Positions 1 through 9,816 of a stretch of 50,327 bases of DNA are shown piece by piece (positions within the stretch are counted from its first letter, which is position 1; every line of letters starts with the position of its first letter). The position numbers and the translations under genes are program-made. Under the pieces are notes generated by a model. That model was not told where the DNA came from, searched no databases, and saw nothing but the letters and a program-made list of their open reading frames with translations. This DNA is from Salisapilia sapeloensis CBS 127946 (Eukaryota > Protista > Oomycota): positions 1 through 50,327 of the forward strand of contig JAADVB010000136.1 in NCBI GenBank assembly GCA_023334545.1, given 5' to 3'.

Positions 1-422
1 AGAAATGTGCAACGATACGGATGTTCCAAAGTTGGCTGTTCGATTGCCGCTAAGACCTGGGCATCTGTCACCGGTTGTCCGGCATAACTCGCACTTTGTA
101 AACCTGCTGCCTCGTCGCCGTATTCGAGACTGAATAAAAGGTCATCCATATTGCTCGAGATCGTCCCATTACCGACGATGACTCGAGGCATTTGCCATCC
201 AGCACTATCGGTGTAAGAATTTTTCACCACGCGTCGAGATGGGAGCCGCTCACGGTACATGGTTACATTGTTGAACGACTTGATCGCTTTCCAGCGTTTC
301 TCATCCACCTTCCGAGGTACTGAACGATCAAACTTCGGATAATGCCTGAGCATTTCGTGGACATGTATCATCTCAATTCGCTTACAGTCAGCCTTCTTTT
401 CATCCGATAGAGAAGTCTTCAT
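1..422 (-). CDS. 5' part of an oomycete START-like (lipid-binding fold) family protein, paralogue of 2938-4230; runs off the window edge
   Basis: Manual translation gives an open frame MKTSLSDEKKADCKR...VDEKRWKAIKSFNNVTMYRER...VIVGNGTISSNMDDLLF...AIEQPTLEHPYRC. It aligns with VDTAYWKPVQRVDHWHMYRDR...LIVGKVPGTVSD...TIEEPTAEQPYQSC of the 2938-4230 protein. Not in the ORF track because the stop is outside the window. An upstream exon is possible (ctgacaatatag acceptor near 459). Confidence 0.8.
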   Translation of the reverse strand, partial: MKTSLSDEKKADCKRIEMIHVHEMLRHYPKFDRSVPRKVDEKRWKAIKSFNNVTMYRERLPSRRVVKNSYTDSAGWQMPRVIVGNGTISSNMDDLLFSLEYGDEAAGLQSASYAGQPVTDAQVLAAIEQPTLEHPYRCTF

Positions 423-1983
423 ATGCGTCTGCTGTCCATTGTGCTGCCATGGCTTTAACTATATTGTCAGTGTGCTGATTAAAAAATGAAGAGAATTCAC
501 TCTGCGCTAGGCATTTTATGCCCTCGAACCCTTCAATTGCATAGCCTTTGTACCCCCTGAGGGAACAGATCCCAGTCCCACCCTCCGTGAAGTACTGATA
601 TCGTAACTCGCGGAATTATCAGACTGCTTGAAGTGTCTGCTTCAAGCAAATAATTTGTTTTTTGTATACGGCAATTACCAAGATGGTGGGAAATGACAAT
701 ACCAGGATTTTAAGCTGTATTCATAACCAGAGATAATGTGTGTTTTTCAGGTGGGCGGGCTGTTTCTCCCAGCAACTCAATACACCTAAGCAATCCTATG
801 ATAACAATGAGAGCTAGGCTGTGAAAATAGCTCCGGGCTCGAAGGAATTTGGCGTGCTCATGTCCATCCTATTTATATGTAGATTTAAATAAACGGGATC
901 AAGCAAGTATTTTGTGCTAGAAAGAATCAGTTTTCCACCGATAGGCAGGTATTGCTTTCAATTGGAGCATATAAGTTCCCTAATTGTGTTCATGCTGAGA
1001 ATGTATAGAGAAGCATATAGTACAGGTTGCTATCGCTTCGACCTCATCGGCACGTGGGATCCTTTCCACGACATTTCATCCTCGTTCCAGACCTCCCACT
1101 AGTTTCTGATGCACCTATTATAACCTTGATTTGCTTTAAATTACTTTAAGCACTTTGCATGCGCGGATTCCTGACTCCCAGCAAATCTGATAAGGTCTGA
1201 ATTACCGGTAACCTGGTGGAACAAGGAATTGCAGCGCCGTACTGTTGCTTGTGCACTCGCGTTGCCATTTAGACCTGAGCAACAACATAAGACATGATAA
1301 GCATGATGGCAACGGGATCCTGTACTTGCTCGAATAAACTGGACTTCTGATCAGGACCGTTGTCAATGAAAATGGTACTTCTGTGCTGATAGCTAGAACT
1401 ACATAACGTCTTGCGGATGTATAGCTGAGCCATGCTAACGAAATGCCATTCGATACGCAACTTTTCATATTTCCACGACAGCATAGAGCTTTCTTCCGAC
1501 GGATAAATCTCGTTTTGCGTAGAAGCGGCATTGAAGTGCCGACCGGAAAGACATGGTAGTCCGCAGCAAAAGTTCGTGCGCACGTCGTTGAACACCCGGT
1601 GTAGATAAGTGCATGTCGCTTGTAAAGTGACGATCAGCACAGGCTGAATCCAACCGCGAACATCGCTTCAACGATTTTATCGAAGCGTCCGACCTCACCA
1701 GATCATGCGCAGTGGTATCTTCAAGTTCGTATGTTAGCCGAATTAAGCGTTTGATGGCTTTTTCCCTTGCTCCTCAGGCGCCAAAGAGGGCTAGGCAGAC
1801 AACACTTCCCATCGTCTAGGCAAATTACGAAGAATCGGGTGTAAACGCAGGTGGGCATGACTCGATGTTCGTCGCTTTTATGCGTGATTCACAACGAAAG
1901 TGAAGATATAAGATCTATTGTACACACAGACTCGTCTTATGGTCGGTATCGATGTGTCTGATCGCTTCGAAATTGTTTAGAGT

Positions 1984-1998
1984 GCTCATTCCCACTTT
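1984..1998 (+). promoter_or_regulatory. Oomycete INR(+FPR-like) core promoter of the phenolic acid decarboxylase gene
   Basis: GCTCATTCCCACTTT ends 44 bp upstream of ATG 2043. It matches INR YCAYTYY followed by a near-FPR element. Confidence 0.55.
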
Positions 1999-2042
1999 GG
2001 CTCTCCATCCAGCAAGCGCTCGCAACTCGACTATAAACCAAA

Positions 2043-2579
2043 ATGGTCTTGACGATCCCAGGCTACCACACCAACACTCCACTTCATCCGTCCTTTGACG
2101 AAGACATTCGTGACAAGCACTTGATCTATGATTACAATGCGGAAGACGAGGATGGAAGACCGCAAAAGTGGCGCTATGAGATGTACTTCCAGACCGAGTC
2201 TCGGATTGTATACTCCATCCACGGGGGTCCTATGGCTGGTCGCCTCAACTACCAGACAGTTGCTTTCCAGTGCATTCGCCCAGGCGAACTGTGGCAATGC
2301 AACTGGCTCGAAGAGACCGGTACCATTGTAAGCCTCGTATACGATATTAAGAACAAGAAAATTACGACCATGGGTGGTTTTTCGAAAGGTCATTGGGAGC
2401 ACAACAAGGAAGCACTCGGCGATAAGCGTAACCCAGAGGATTATGCACGCTGGAGAAAGCTTGCGGAGTACGGTAACAACCGCGACCGTCTCATCCTGAG
2501 TGAGCAGGCAGACATTCTTGAAACCTTCACTGGTAAAGGTAACCTTGAGCCAGTGAATCCTAACTGCGAGACGCTATGA
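2043..2579 (+). CDS. padC: Phenolic acid decarboxylase (PAD/PadC family, cofactor-free), fungal-type, intronless
   Basis: 178 aa. Motifs HLIYDY, WRYEMY, IVYSIHGGPMAGR and WLEETGTIVSL match B. subtilis PadC HMIYTY, WEYEIY, IDYRIHSGMVAGR and WTEPTGTDVSL. Catalytic Tyr/Tyr/Arg/Glu equivalents (Y29, Y31, R67, E90) are present. Confidence 0.93.
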   Translation: MVLTIPGYHTNTPLHPSFDEDIRDKHLIYDYNAEDEDGRPQKWRYEMYFQTESRIVYSIHGGPMAGRLNYQTVAFQCIRPGELWQCNWLEETGTIVSLVYDIKNKKITTMGGFSKGHWEHNKEALGDKRNPEDYARWRKLAEYGNNRDRLILSEQADILETFTGKGNLEPVNPNCETL

Positions 2580-2937
2580 CTCCATCGAGCACTCACTTGA
2601 GTTGTCATGATTGTCCAATCTTCACTTTTCCATGCTGCAGGTCCAAGCGGAAAGAAGTCGTAGATAGCTGCAACGATAATATACTTGTGGAATATATTGC
2701 TCCTATATTCCTGAATCATACGAGAGAAAATTTGTCTAGATTTATGAGCTTTATCAGACACAGCACCGACACCGCCTTAGCCGAGCTGTCTTCCAATTGT
2801 ATCTATAAAAAGGATCTCATTAAAAACTACTCGCAATACGAACTCTACAAAAATCACTTCACATTCGCAAGTATCAACATGAACAATTCACCTTACGGCA
2901 GCAAAAACGCATGTGTATTTACCTAGACAGACTCCTC

Positions 2938-4230
2938 TTAGATTGTAACAATGATTGCACCACTTGAATTACGATCTCGGAAATCCTCGTCCGATGGCTT
3001 TTGGTCAGCGGGATTGATAGCATCGTCGTACGAAGCAGTTAGGTCGATGTCACCGCTTCTCGGCGTGACGTCCGACAGCGAGTTAGACGCTATAGCAAGA
3101 CTTTCCAGAGTCAACTCTACTGAATTATCCATGGACGCTTCCAAGTCTTTCCGGATGCACACTTCCGCGCTAATGCGACTTGTACTAAGAACGCATCCTT
3201 TACAAAACAAGAATGTCTTCAGCTTCAGCACGTTCCGATCGACATTCATAACGATACGGCGACGCGTTTTACATCGACCACAAAGCTGCTGGCGACATAG
3301 AATGCAAATGCCATGACTGATCCAAGACTTTCCGGATCCACAGCCACCAGCACAGCTCATCTTCGACGTTTCGTTTCGTGAAGACTTGTTCTTGAAAGAC
3401 CGTTGCATCATCCAGTGTAGCTTTCTGGATCTACCAGCCTCGCCGACTAGAGCTGATGTAGCGAGAAACATGCTCACAGACTTAGTCGAAGCTATTTCTG
3501 GAAGCGAACCCATTGTAGCCATATATCCAGTATGGTATAGCTCGACAAAGTTGGCATCCAACTGGCGTCGGAGATAGCAGAACGAGCCCTTTGCTCGCAC
3601 AACTCCATTGTTTGTATGCGTCTCACGAATATCAACTGAGTGAGCGATAAAGTAGCCAATTTGTTGGCCATCTTTTCCAACTGTCATGCCCATTCTAAAG
3701 ACCATCACGATGTCCCTTACATCAACGAATGGAATAATCGATTTGCCCATGATCAAGCGTACGATTGCACAGCTCTGGTACGGTTGCTCAGCGGTTGGCT
3801 CCTCGATTGTACACAAAAATTGAGTGTACAATAAGTTGTCACCAACGTACGTAGATCGCGCATGCCAGTCCGCTGCTTTGCACGAAAGATCTCCGTATTG
3901 AAAGTCGCTGACTGTCCCTGGAACTTTGCCAACGATGAGAAATTTAGGAACCGATTGATTGGGATCCGTGACCGTATAGCCGCCCCCTGGAGTCTTGAGC
4001 ATGCGAGGAGACTCACGAACGTTTCTTCGGTCTCGGTACATGTGCCAGTGGTCAACTCTTTGGACTGGTTTCCAGTAAGCAGTATCCACTTGTCTCTTGT
4101 ATTTGATTCGATGCTCTTCAAATTCTGAAATTGTTTTCTGCAGAATCTCGTCAGTCATTTGCTTTAACTGGGTTTCAGACTCTGGTCGTAGCGCAATGCT
4201 TGACGGAACATCAGCTAAATACTTTTCCAT
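2938..4230 (-). CDS. START-like domain protein with C-terminal degenerate FYVE-type zinc finger (expanded oomycete family)
   Basis: 430 aa intronless ORF with the N-terminal WK...MYR / IVGKVPGTVSD pattern of this family and four CxxC-type pairs (CAGGC, CILC, CGRC, CKGC). The canonical FYVE RRHHCR motif is absent. Confidence 0.8.
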   Translation of the reverse strand: MEKYLADVPSSIALRPESETQLKQMTDEILQKTISEFEEHRIKYKRQVDTAYWKPVQRVDHWHMYRDRRNVRESPRMLKTPGGGYTVTDPNQSVPKFLIVGKVPGTVSDFQYGDLSCKAADWHARSTYVGDNLLYTQFLCTIEEPTAEQPYQSCAIVRLIMGKSIIPFVDVRDIVMVFRMGMTVGKDGQQIGYFIAHSVDIRETHTNNGVVRAKGSFCYLRRQLDANFVELYHTGYMATMGSLPEIASTKSVSMFLATSALVGEAGRSRKLHWMMQRSFKNKSSRNETSKMSCAGGCGSGKSWISHGICILCRQQLCGRCKTRRRIVMNVDRNVLKLKTFLFCKGCVLSTSRISAEVCIRKDLEASMDNSVELTLESLAIASNSLSDVTPRSGDIDLTASYDDAINPADQKPSDEDFRDRNSSGAIIVTI

Positions 4231-4273
4231 GGGATGCGTGTTGCGTTATACAGCGGAGCCTCTTTGGTCAGAC

Positions 4274-4289
4274 GAAAGTTGTGAAATGA
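4274..4289 (-). promoter_or_regulatory. INR+FPR-like core promoter of the 2938-4230 gene
   Basis: The minus strand reads TCATTTCACAACTTTC, ending about 44 bp upstream of ATG 4230. Confidence 0.45.
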
Positions 4290-5131
4290 TAGTGAGATCG
4301 GGTTTTGATACAGTAAAGACTTAAACGCGTTTCGTCACTTTGGATCAGCTTCTTGTCCCTTGCAAACCATCGACATCTTGTCCGACCAGCTTTCAATTAA
4401 GTCTCTACACTATCGCCATAACTTCGAGCATGCTTGAGTCAAGGTAACGAAGCCTCAGGCTCAATATCAATTGGAACTTGAAGGGTCTGATCCAGACGAA
4501 GTGCGCATTAATCCAGTTCTAGCGAGACTGCACCAGGCGAAAAGCTTCCAAATAACTTCGAAGTAGTCCAATGGAACCAAAGCAAAATAATTAACCACAC
4601 ATAGCATAATAAAAATTCCCTTTCCTTTGATGGTTAATGCGACATAGGGATAAATAAGATGATTATTGTCTTTATCGGTGTGCGAGCGTCTTCAGTATCA
4701 CCCTACCTTTGCTAAAGGCCATTTAAATAGGTAGGTGAGTCGGGTTGCTCTAGACCACATATCTGGCTTTTAATGTGTAAGGCATCAAATAATTACTGTC
4801 ATCTGGCATTCATTTGAAGCTCGCATCTTCTTTACCAGCGTTCATTTCACTACACTTCCAGAATGCTTCAAGTGGAACTGGTAGCTCATTTCAACGAAGC
4901 ATGTAATGTTTTAAAATGGAGCCATAGGAATATTATATTAGCATATACTAGTCATAAAGTCCATCAGGATAAATAGTAAAAAAGCAGGCACTTGCATCAT
5001 ACGCTAAGAGCCATTTCCACGTCCGTATCCTAGGTTACCACGTTCTGAACCCATTTCTGCGTAAGCAATGCAAGCGTGTCACGGTACCCCTAAAGTACCA
5101 TTTATAAACAACAAAACGTGCAAGCTCGAAA

Positions 5132-6543
5132 ATGGATCAAGAGACTGGTGAAGAGTACGCTCCAGCGCCAGTTGATACGTCGAACGATCGCGGAAAGTCA
5201 TCTACAAAATCTAAACCTTCAAACGCGTTGTCGTACGCAAGTAAAATTGCTTCTGGTAGCTTTCGTCGATCACCAACGCAGCGCAAACAGGACGACTCAA
5301 TCCCAAGTCGCTCTCCACCTCGTTCTTCCCGAATGAAAGGAATAGCGACGGGTGCATTTACTAGTGCTGCAAGTATAGCATCAGTTGGTTTCTCCTCCAT
5401 TACGTCCGTTGGTTCTTCCTTTGGTACTAAACTTGCATCATCGTCTCAACAAGTACTCGATGCTTTCACTCCTCCAGAAGGCTTCGGTGGAAATGACGGC
5501 GAAGATGAGCACCCAGCCAGTGCTAATGGTATAAACGAAAACTCAGACCGTGTGTCCCAAACTCCCACAGAAACGGAGAGTAAATACCAACAGCTAGAAA
5601 TGAATCGAGCAGAAGAGCTTGAGCGCCTTGTGCAGTCTCGAAAGCAAGACTTTTTGTATATGAAACGCGTTATTGAAGACCGTCGTAGCTACTGTATGGC
5701 TGTCATTCAGGTCCAAGAGTCTCACGTGAAGCAATCACAGGAGACTGCATCATCCGTCCGACTGTCTATGCAGCATTACTACCTAGGTCTCAGCCTCGGG
5801 AAAATCCTAGACGCATGCACTTCTCCTCTTGTTACAGAGATACCACAGAAACTAGCAATGGACGCATGTCAATTGATGGAAGAGCTGGAATTCCACTTTG
5901 CCTCTTCAACCGTCCAAAGCATGGTACCTTCGTCGATCTTTCCTCTTTTCCATTCCTGACATCGCTATGACTATAGAAAATGATGGTGGCGACGAACACA
6001 ACACTGTATGAACCAGCACTCTCGTCCGTCGACGAAGCTCAGTACTCGCTGCAGAGCTCCTTCCGGCCCTCTCTATACAAATGGAATCAACGCCCTGTAT
6101 ACCGCAAACTCCTCACTCCATCCGTCGTATGCTCTTGCTTGCCACACCCTTATCGAAACGTACTAATCGTATATCAATAGCCTATTGCATTGGACGCTCG
6201 AGAAATACGACTGTCTCTATTCGACCTTTTGATCCTCCTGTACAGTAAGTTTCTGGAGGAAGAGACCAGTTGGAAGAGCCAAGTGCTGTTCGAAACGATC
6301 GCTCGCTTCAATGACCGTGTCCAAGTATGTGCTGTCATTTGATGATACGATACAAAGCATCCTTAACGCTGTAAATAGAAACTAGTTCTCAATCCGTTGA
6401 AGAAAGAGATGGAAGTAGCCATGAAGTCAGCATTAACTGAGGAACTTGCGGTCGTCAGGAATTCATTTTCATCCAAATCGTATGTGGAAGCAAGGAAGAG
6501 CTCAAAAGCTCCTCCAGATTCTTTATTCCAAGAAGAGACGTAG
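5132..6543 (+). CDS. Conserved-looking hypothetical protein, 4 exons (Ser-rich disordered N-terminus, helical C-terminal domain)
   Basis: Manual splicing with three phase-0 GT-AG introns (5924-5976, 6127-6180, and one between about 6325 and 6378) joins ORF 5132-5959, ORF 5980-6180 and downstream exons into one frame ending at TAG 6541-6543. Confidence 0.7.
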
Positions 6544-6687
6544 GATATAAATCAGATCTTGTTTGCGTTGCTATTGAGATCTTCGGTCGTTCCATCCTTC
6601 AATCCGTTTCAATCACGTCTTGAAACGACCAGATTGACGAGCACTTGCTTCGACCCATCCTCCCTTTTCATCCAAAGAACTCAAGCA

Positions 6688-8188
6688 ATGTCTTCCGGTG
6701 ATAATCGTCCGCTATATGGCCACCCGCTCATGTGTGCCCAAGTGCCCACGAGTCACTTTCCAAAGTAGGATCTGTAGCTCCGTAGCCACCACTTTTACTC
6801 TAGCGAATCTAACACAACGTAGGAACTCGGTACCTGCACGAGTGGCCCATCAGCTCATCAAGGACGAGCTGGAACTGGATGGAAACCCCAAGATGAACCT
6901 TGCGTCCTTCGTGTCGACGTACATGGAGCCAGAGGCGGACGACATTATGATTGAAGGGCTGCGAAAGAATTATATCGACTTAGACCAGTATCCTCAGACT
7001 GCTGATATCCATAACCGGTGTGTCCAAATCTTGGCGAACTTGTATCATGCACCACTTGCCGAAGGAGTCAAGGCAACGGGCACGGGCTGTATCGGTTCGT
7101 CTGAAGCGATCATGCTTGCAGGTCTGGCCATGAAGCGCAAATGGAAAGATCGCCAACAAAAACAAGGACTACCGACAGACAAACCGAACATTGTTTTTGG
7201 ATCCAATGTCCAAGTGTGTTGGCACAAGATGTGCAAATACTTTGAGATTGAAGGCCGAGAGGCGGATGTGTCTCCTGATTGTCTTGTGCTGACGGCCGAA
7301 CGAGCTAAGCCTTTGATTGATGAAAATACGATCGGAGTGTGCGCCATCCTGGGCAGTACGTTCAATGGCGAGTACGAAGACGTGAAAGAGATTCATGAAA
7401 TGGTCGCGCAGATTAATGAAGAGCATGGATGGAATGTTCCAATTCACGTGGATGCTGCAAGTGGTGGTTTCATCGCACCTTTCTTGACACCTGAACTGGA
7501 GTGGGATTTTCGTCTTCCGTACGTCAAGTCGATCAACGTCAGCGGTCATAAATTTGGCCTCGTGTATGCAGGTATGGGCTGGGCGATCTGGCGAGAAGCT
7601 GAAGACCTGCCAGATGACCTCGTGTTCCACGTCAACTACCTCGGAGGTGACCAGGCAAGCTTTACGCTCAACTTTAGCAAAGGAGCTGGCAACGTCATTG
7701 CACAGTATTACAACATGCTACGGTTTGGATCGGACGGCTACAAGATGATCATGGAAGCGAGTATGGCGAACGCTGCCTACCTACGCAACGCACTAGAAGA
7801 CACCGGGTACTTTAGTATAGTAGACAAGCAGCAGATGCCTCTGGTGGCATTTGCATTAAAAGATACGAGTCATTATACGTGCTTTGACATCCAAGACAAG
7901 CTACGCAGTCGAGGCTGGATCGTCCCAGCCTACAACTGCTCCTGCGGTGCAGACTCGCTCGTCATCATGCGTGTGGTGGTGAAGCAGAACTTTACGCTCA
8001 ACATGGCCAACATGCTCGTGAACGACATACTTAAGGCGATCGGGTCACTCGAAAAGCACCACAGGTTGGCGGCGAGTAGCAACTTGACACCTCGGTCGAA
8101 GAAGTTATGTTTCCAAGACGTGGTGCATGCCATCCAGGCGAACATCCGCCACCAAAAGTCGGGCCAGGCAACACATGGTGTCTGCTAA
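6688..8188 (+). CDS. GAD: Glutamate decarboxylase (PLP-dependent group II; GadB/plant/fungal type)
   Basis: Exon 1 6688-6764 (MSSGDNRPLYG...HFPK), intron 6765-6822, then ELELDGNPKMNLASFV, GTGCIGSSEAIML, HVDAASGG and the PLP-lysine motif SINVSGHKFGL. Ends THGVC. Confidence 0.95.
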
Positions 8189-8724
8189 GTACCCAGACAT
8201 GCGGAAGGATACAATGTAGCATCAGATTGGAAGAGTCAATGTAATTTGGTGGCTACAGAGCCTACATTTCGCTTGATACTACGTTCTCTGCCTTTCTGAT
8301 CATCCGCATCAATCTTTCGTACCACTGTTTCCGGATCAGGTAAACCGCGACGGGAGACGAGTCGTAGGTTCAAAGAAATGCTGGCGTGAACGTTTCCTTG
8401 TATCCAGCGACGATTCGCCAGGCGAAAACGCATGGATCCATAACGTCTACTCTATCTCCTTTCTCCTACGAATCGAATGAAAGAAGAATGGATGAAGAAC
8501 TTTTGTACTTGCCCATCCTTTAGCTAGTAGACATGATCAGGTATGCGTAAATTCACGTCAACTCTTCCCCATCACGGAATTGAATGCAAAATGCTCGTTC
8601 ATTATCGTAGCGAAAAACTTATTCCTACATGCCTTCGTACTAAAAAGCTCTTGTTTCCTACACTATCATACTCCTAAAAATGATACAAAAGTCGTCTCCG
8701 TTTCGCTACCTATTCTTGTCCGGC

Positions 8725-9816
8725 TTACTCGTGAAGCTGACAGACGCTGCCGCGGCGGACGGCGCGGCTGCAACCAGATCGTTCGCACCGCTTACCGCCG
8801 CCGTGAGAGATGCAGAAACCGTTGCCACGGTCCTTTTTCTGGCAGTCGCCCATTTGGCACTTGCGAATGCCTCCGTGAATGTAGCACCGGCCTTTGCGCT
8901 GCTGGCCGCGCGTGCATCCAGGGAATTCGCATCGCTTGCCACCACCGTGGGCTCGGCAGAATCCGCCGCCTTGCGAACTGCGGGTGCATCCACCGGGTCC
9001 GTCATACTGGCAGCGTGCGCCACCGCCGTGCGCCTTGCAGCGACTGTTGGACTGCGCACGACGCGTGCAGTTGGGCTCAATACACTTCTTTCCTTTGGCC
9101 GTTCGTGTCGCCTTGGCTTGCACCGTATTATCAGACACGCTTCGAATCGAACGTCGCTGCCGGCCCATCCTGGGTGACGGCTTCTTTTGTTCTTGCAGCG
9201 CGGCTGTCAATGGGTCTGCTCCAGGGGCTAAGAAGGAGGAAGAGATCCAGAGCGGGGAGACGGGCATGGCAAAAGAGGCGTCGCTCAGGTCGCTCGTGGT
9301 CGTGGGGCTCGTGTGGAGCTTGTCTTGCGATACCGACGACGACATCATGCGCTGGAAGGATGTGTCCCACATTTGGTCTTCAACTGAGAACATGGGCGGG
9401 GCGAACGAGTATGGCTGCATGGCGTCTAGGTGTGAGACACTGCGTGGGGTGTCGTTGTCCTGCCAGTCGTGTGGCATGCGCGACTGGAAGTGCATGGTCG
9501 GCAGTGGCTTGAAGTCGAAGGGTTCGAGCGATAGCGAGTTGTTGGAGGACGGCGGGGAGATGAGGTCGTCTGCGGCAGCAGAGGCGAGGTGCTGGAGGGA
9601 GTCCTCTAGATCGTTTCCGGCCATGAGGGAGGAGAAAATCTCGTCGGCAAAGGCCTCCGGTTCGGGTTTACAAGGGTGTTTTAAGGCCATGTTGGCAGAG
9701 GCGAGCGAATCGACAAATGGTGCTCCTTCCATCGATTGTCTTGAAGGAAGATCTTTAATGGGACTTGAAAGCGCAGCTGAGAAGAACGCCGTTTCGTCTC
9801 TTCTCTTGGAATGCAA
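8725..9816 (-). CDS. WRKY19-like zinc-finger repeat protein (C-x4-7-C...C-x2-H-GGG repeats), copy A
   Basis: 363 aa with a Ser/Pro-rich N-terminus and five tandem Cys/His units (CKAHGGG, CRAHGGG, CYIHGG, CISHGGG, CQLH). It has no WRKYGQK, so it is not a true WRKY domain. Confidence 0.88.
   Translation of the reverse strand: MHSKRRDETAFFSAALSSPIKDLPSRQSMEGAPFVDSLASANMALKHPCKPEPEAFADEIFSSLMAGNDLEDSLQHLASAAADDLISPPSSNNSLSLEPFDFKPLPTMHFQSRMPHDWQDNDTPRSVSHLDAMQPYSFAPPMFSVEDQMWDTSFQRMMSSSVSQDKLHTSPTTTSDLSDASFAMPVSPLWISSSFLAPGADPLTAALQEQKKPSPRMGRQRRSIRSVSDNTVQAKATRTAKGKKCIEPNCTRRAQSNSRCKAHGGGARCQYDGPGGCTRSSQGGGFCRAHGGGKRCEFPGCTRGQQRKGRCYIHGGIRKCQMGDCQKKDRGNGFCISHGGGKRCERSGCSRAVRRGSVCQLHE

Noticed and set aside
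625-648. Perfect 9-bp hairpin TGCTTGAAG-tgtctg-CTTCAAGCA followed by a T-rich tract, terminator-like
   Set aside because: Bacterial intrinsic terminators are not meaningful in this nuclear context, and a single short inverted repeat is not significant in 50 kb.
1202-1700. Overlapping short ORFs with faint transposase-like (IFIDNGPDQK) or LRR-like (HLDLSNN) words
   Set aside because: No continuous motif set, TIRs or consistent frame; this could be decayed sequence but cannot be supported.
8236-8530. Possible small spliced gene on the minus strand (EKGDRVDVMD..., PDPETVVRK...)
   Set aside because: No splice model gave a consistent, recognisable protein.
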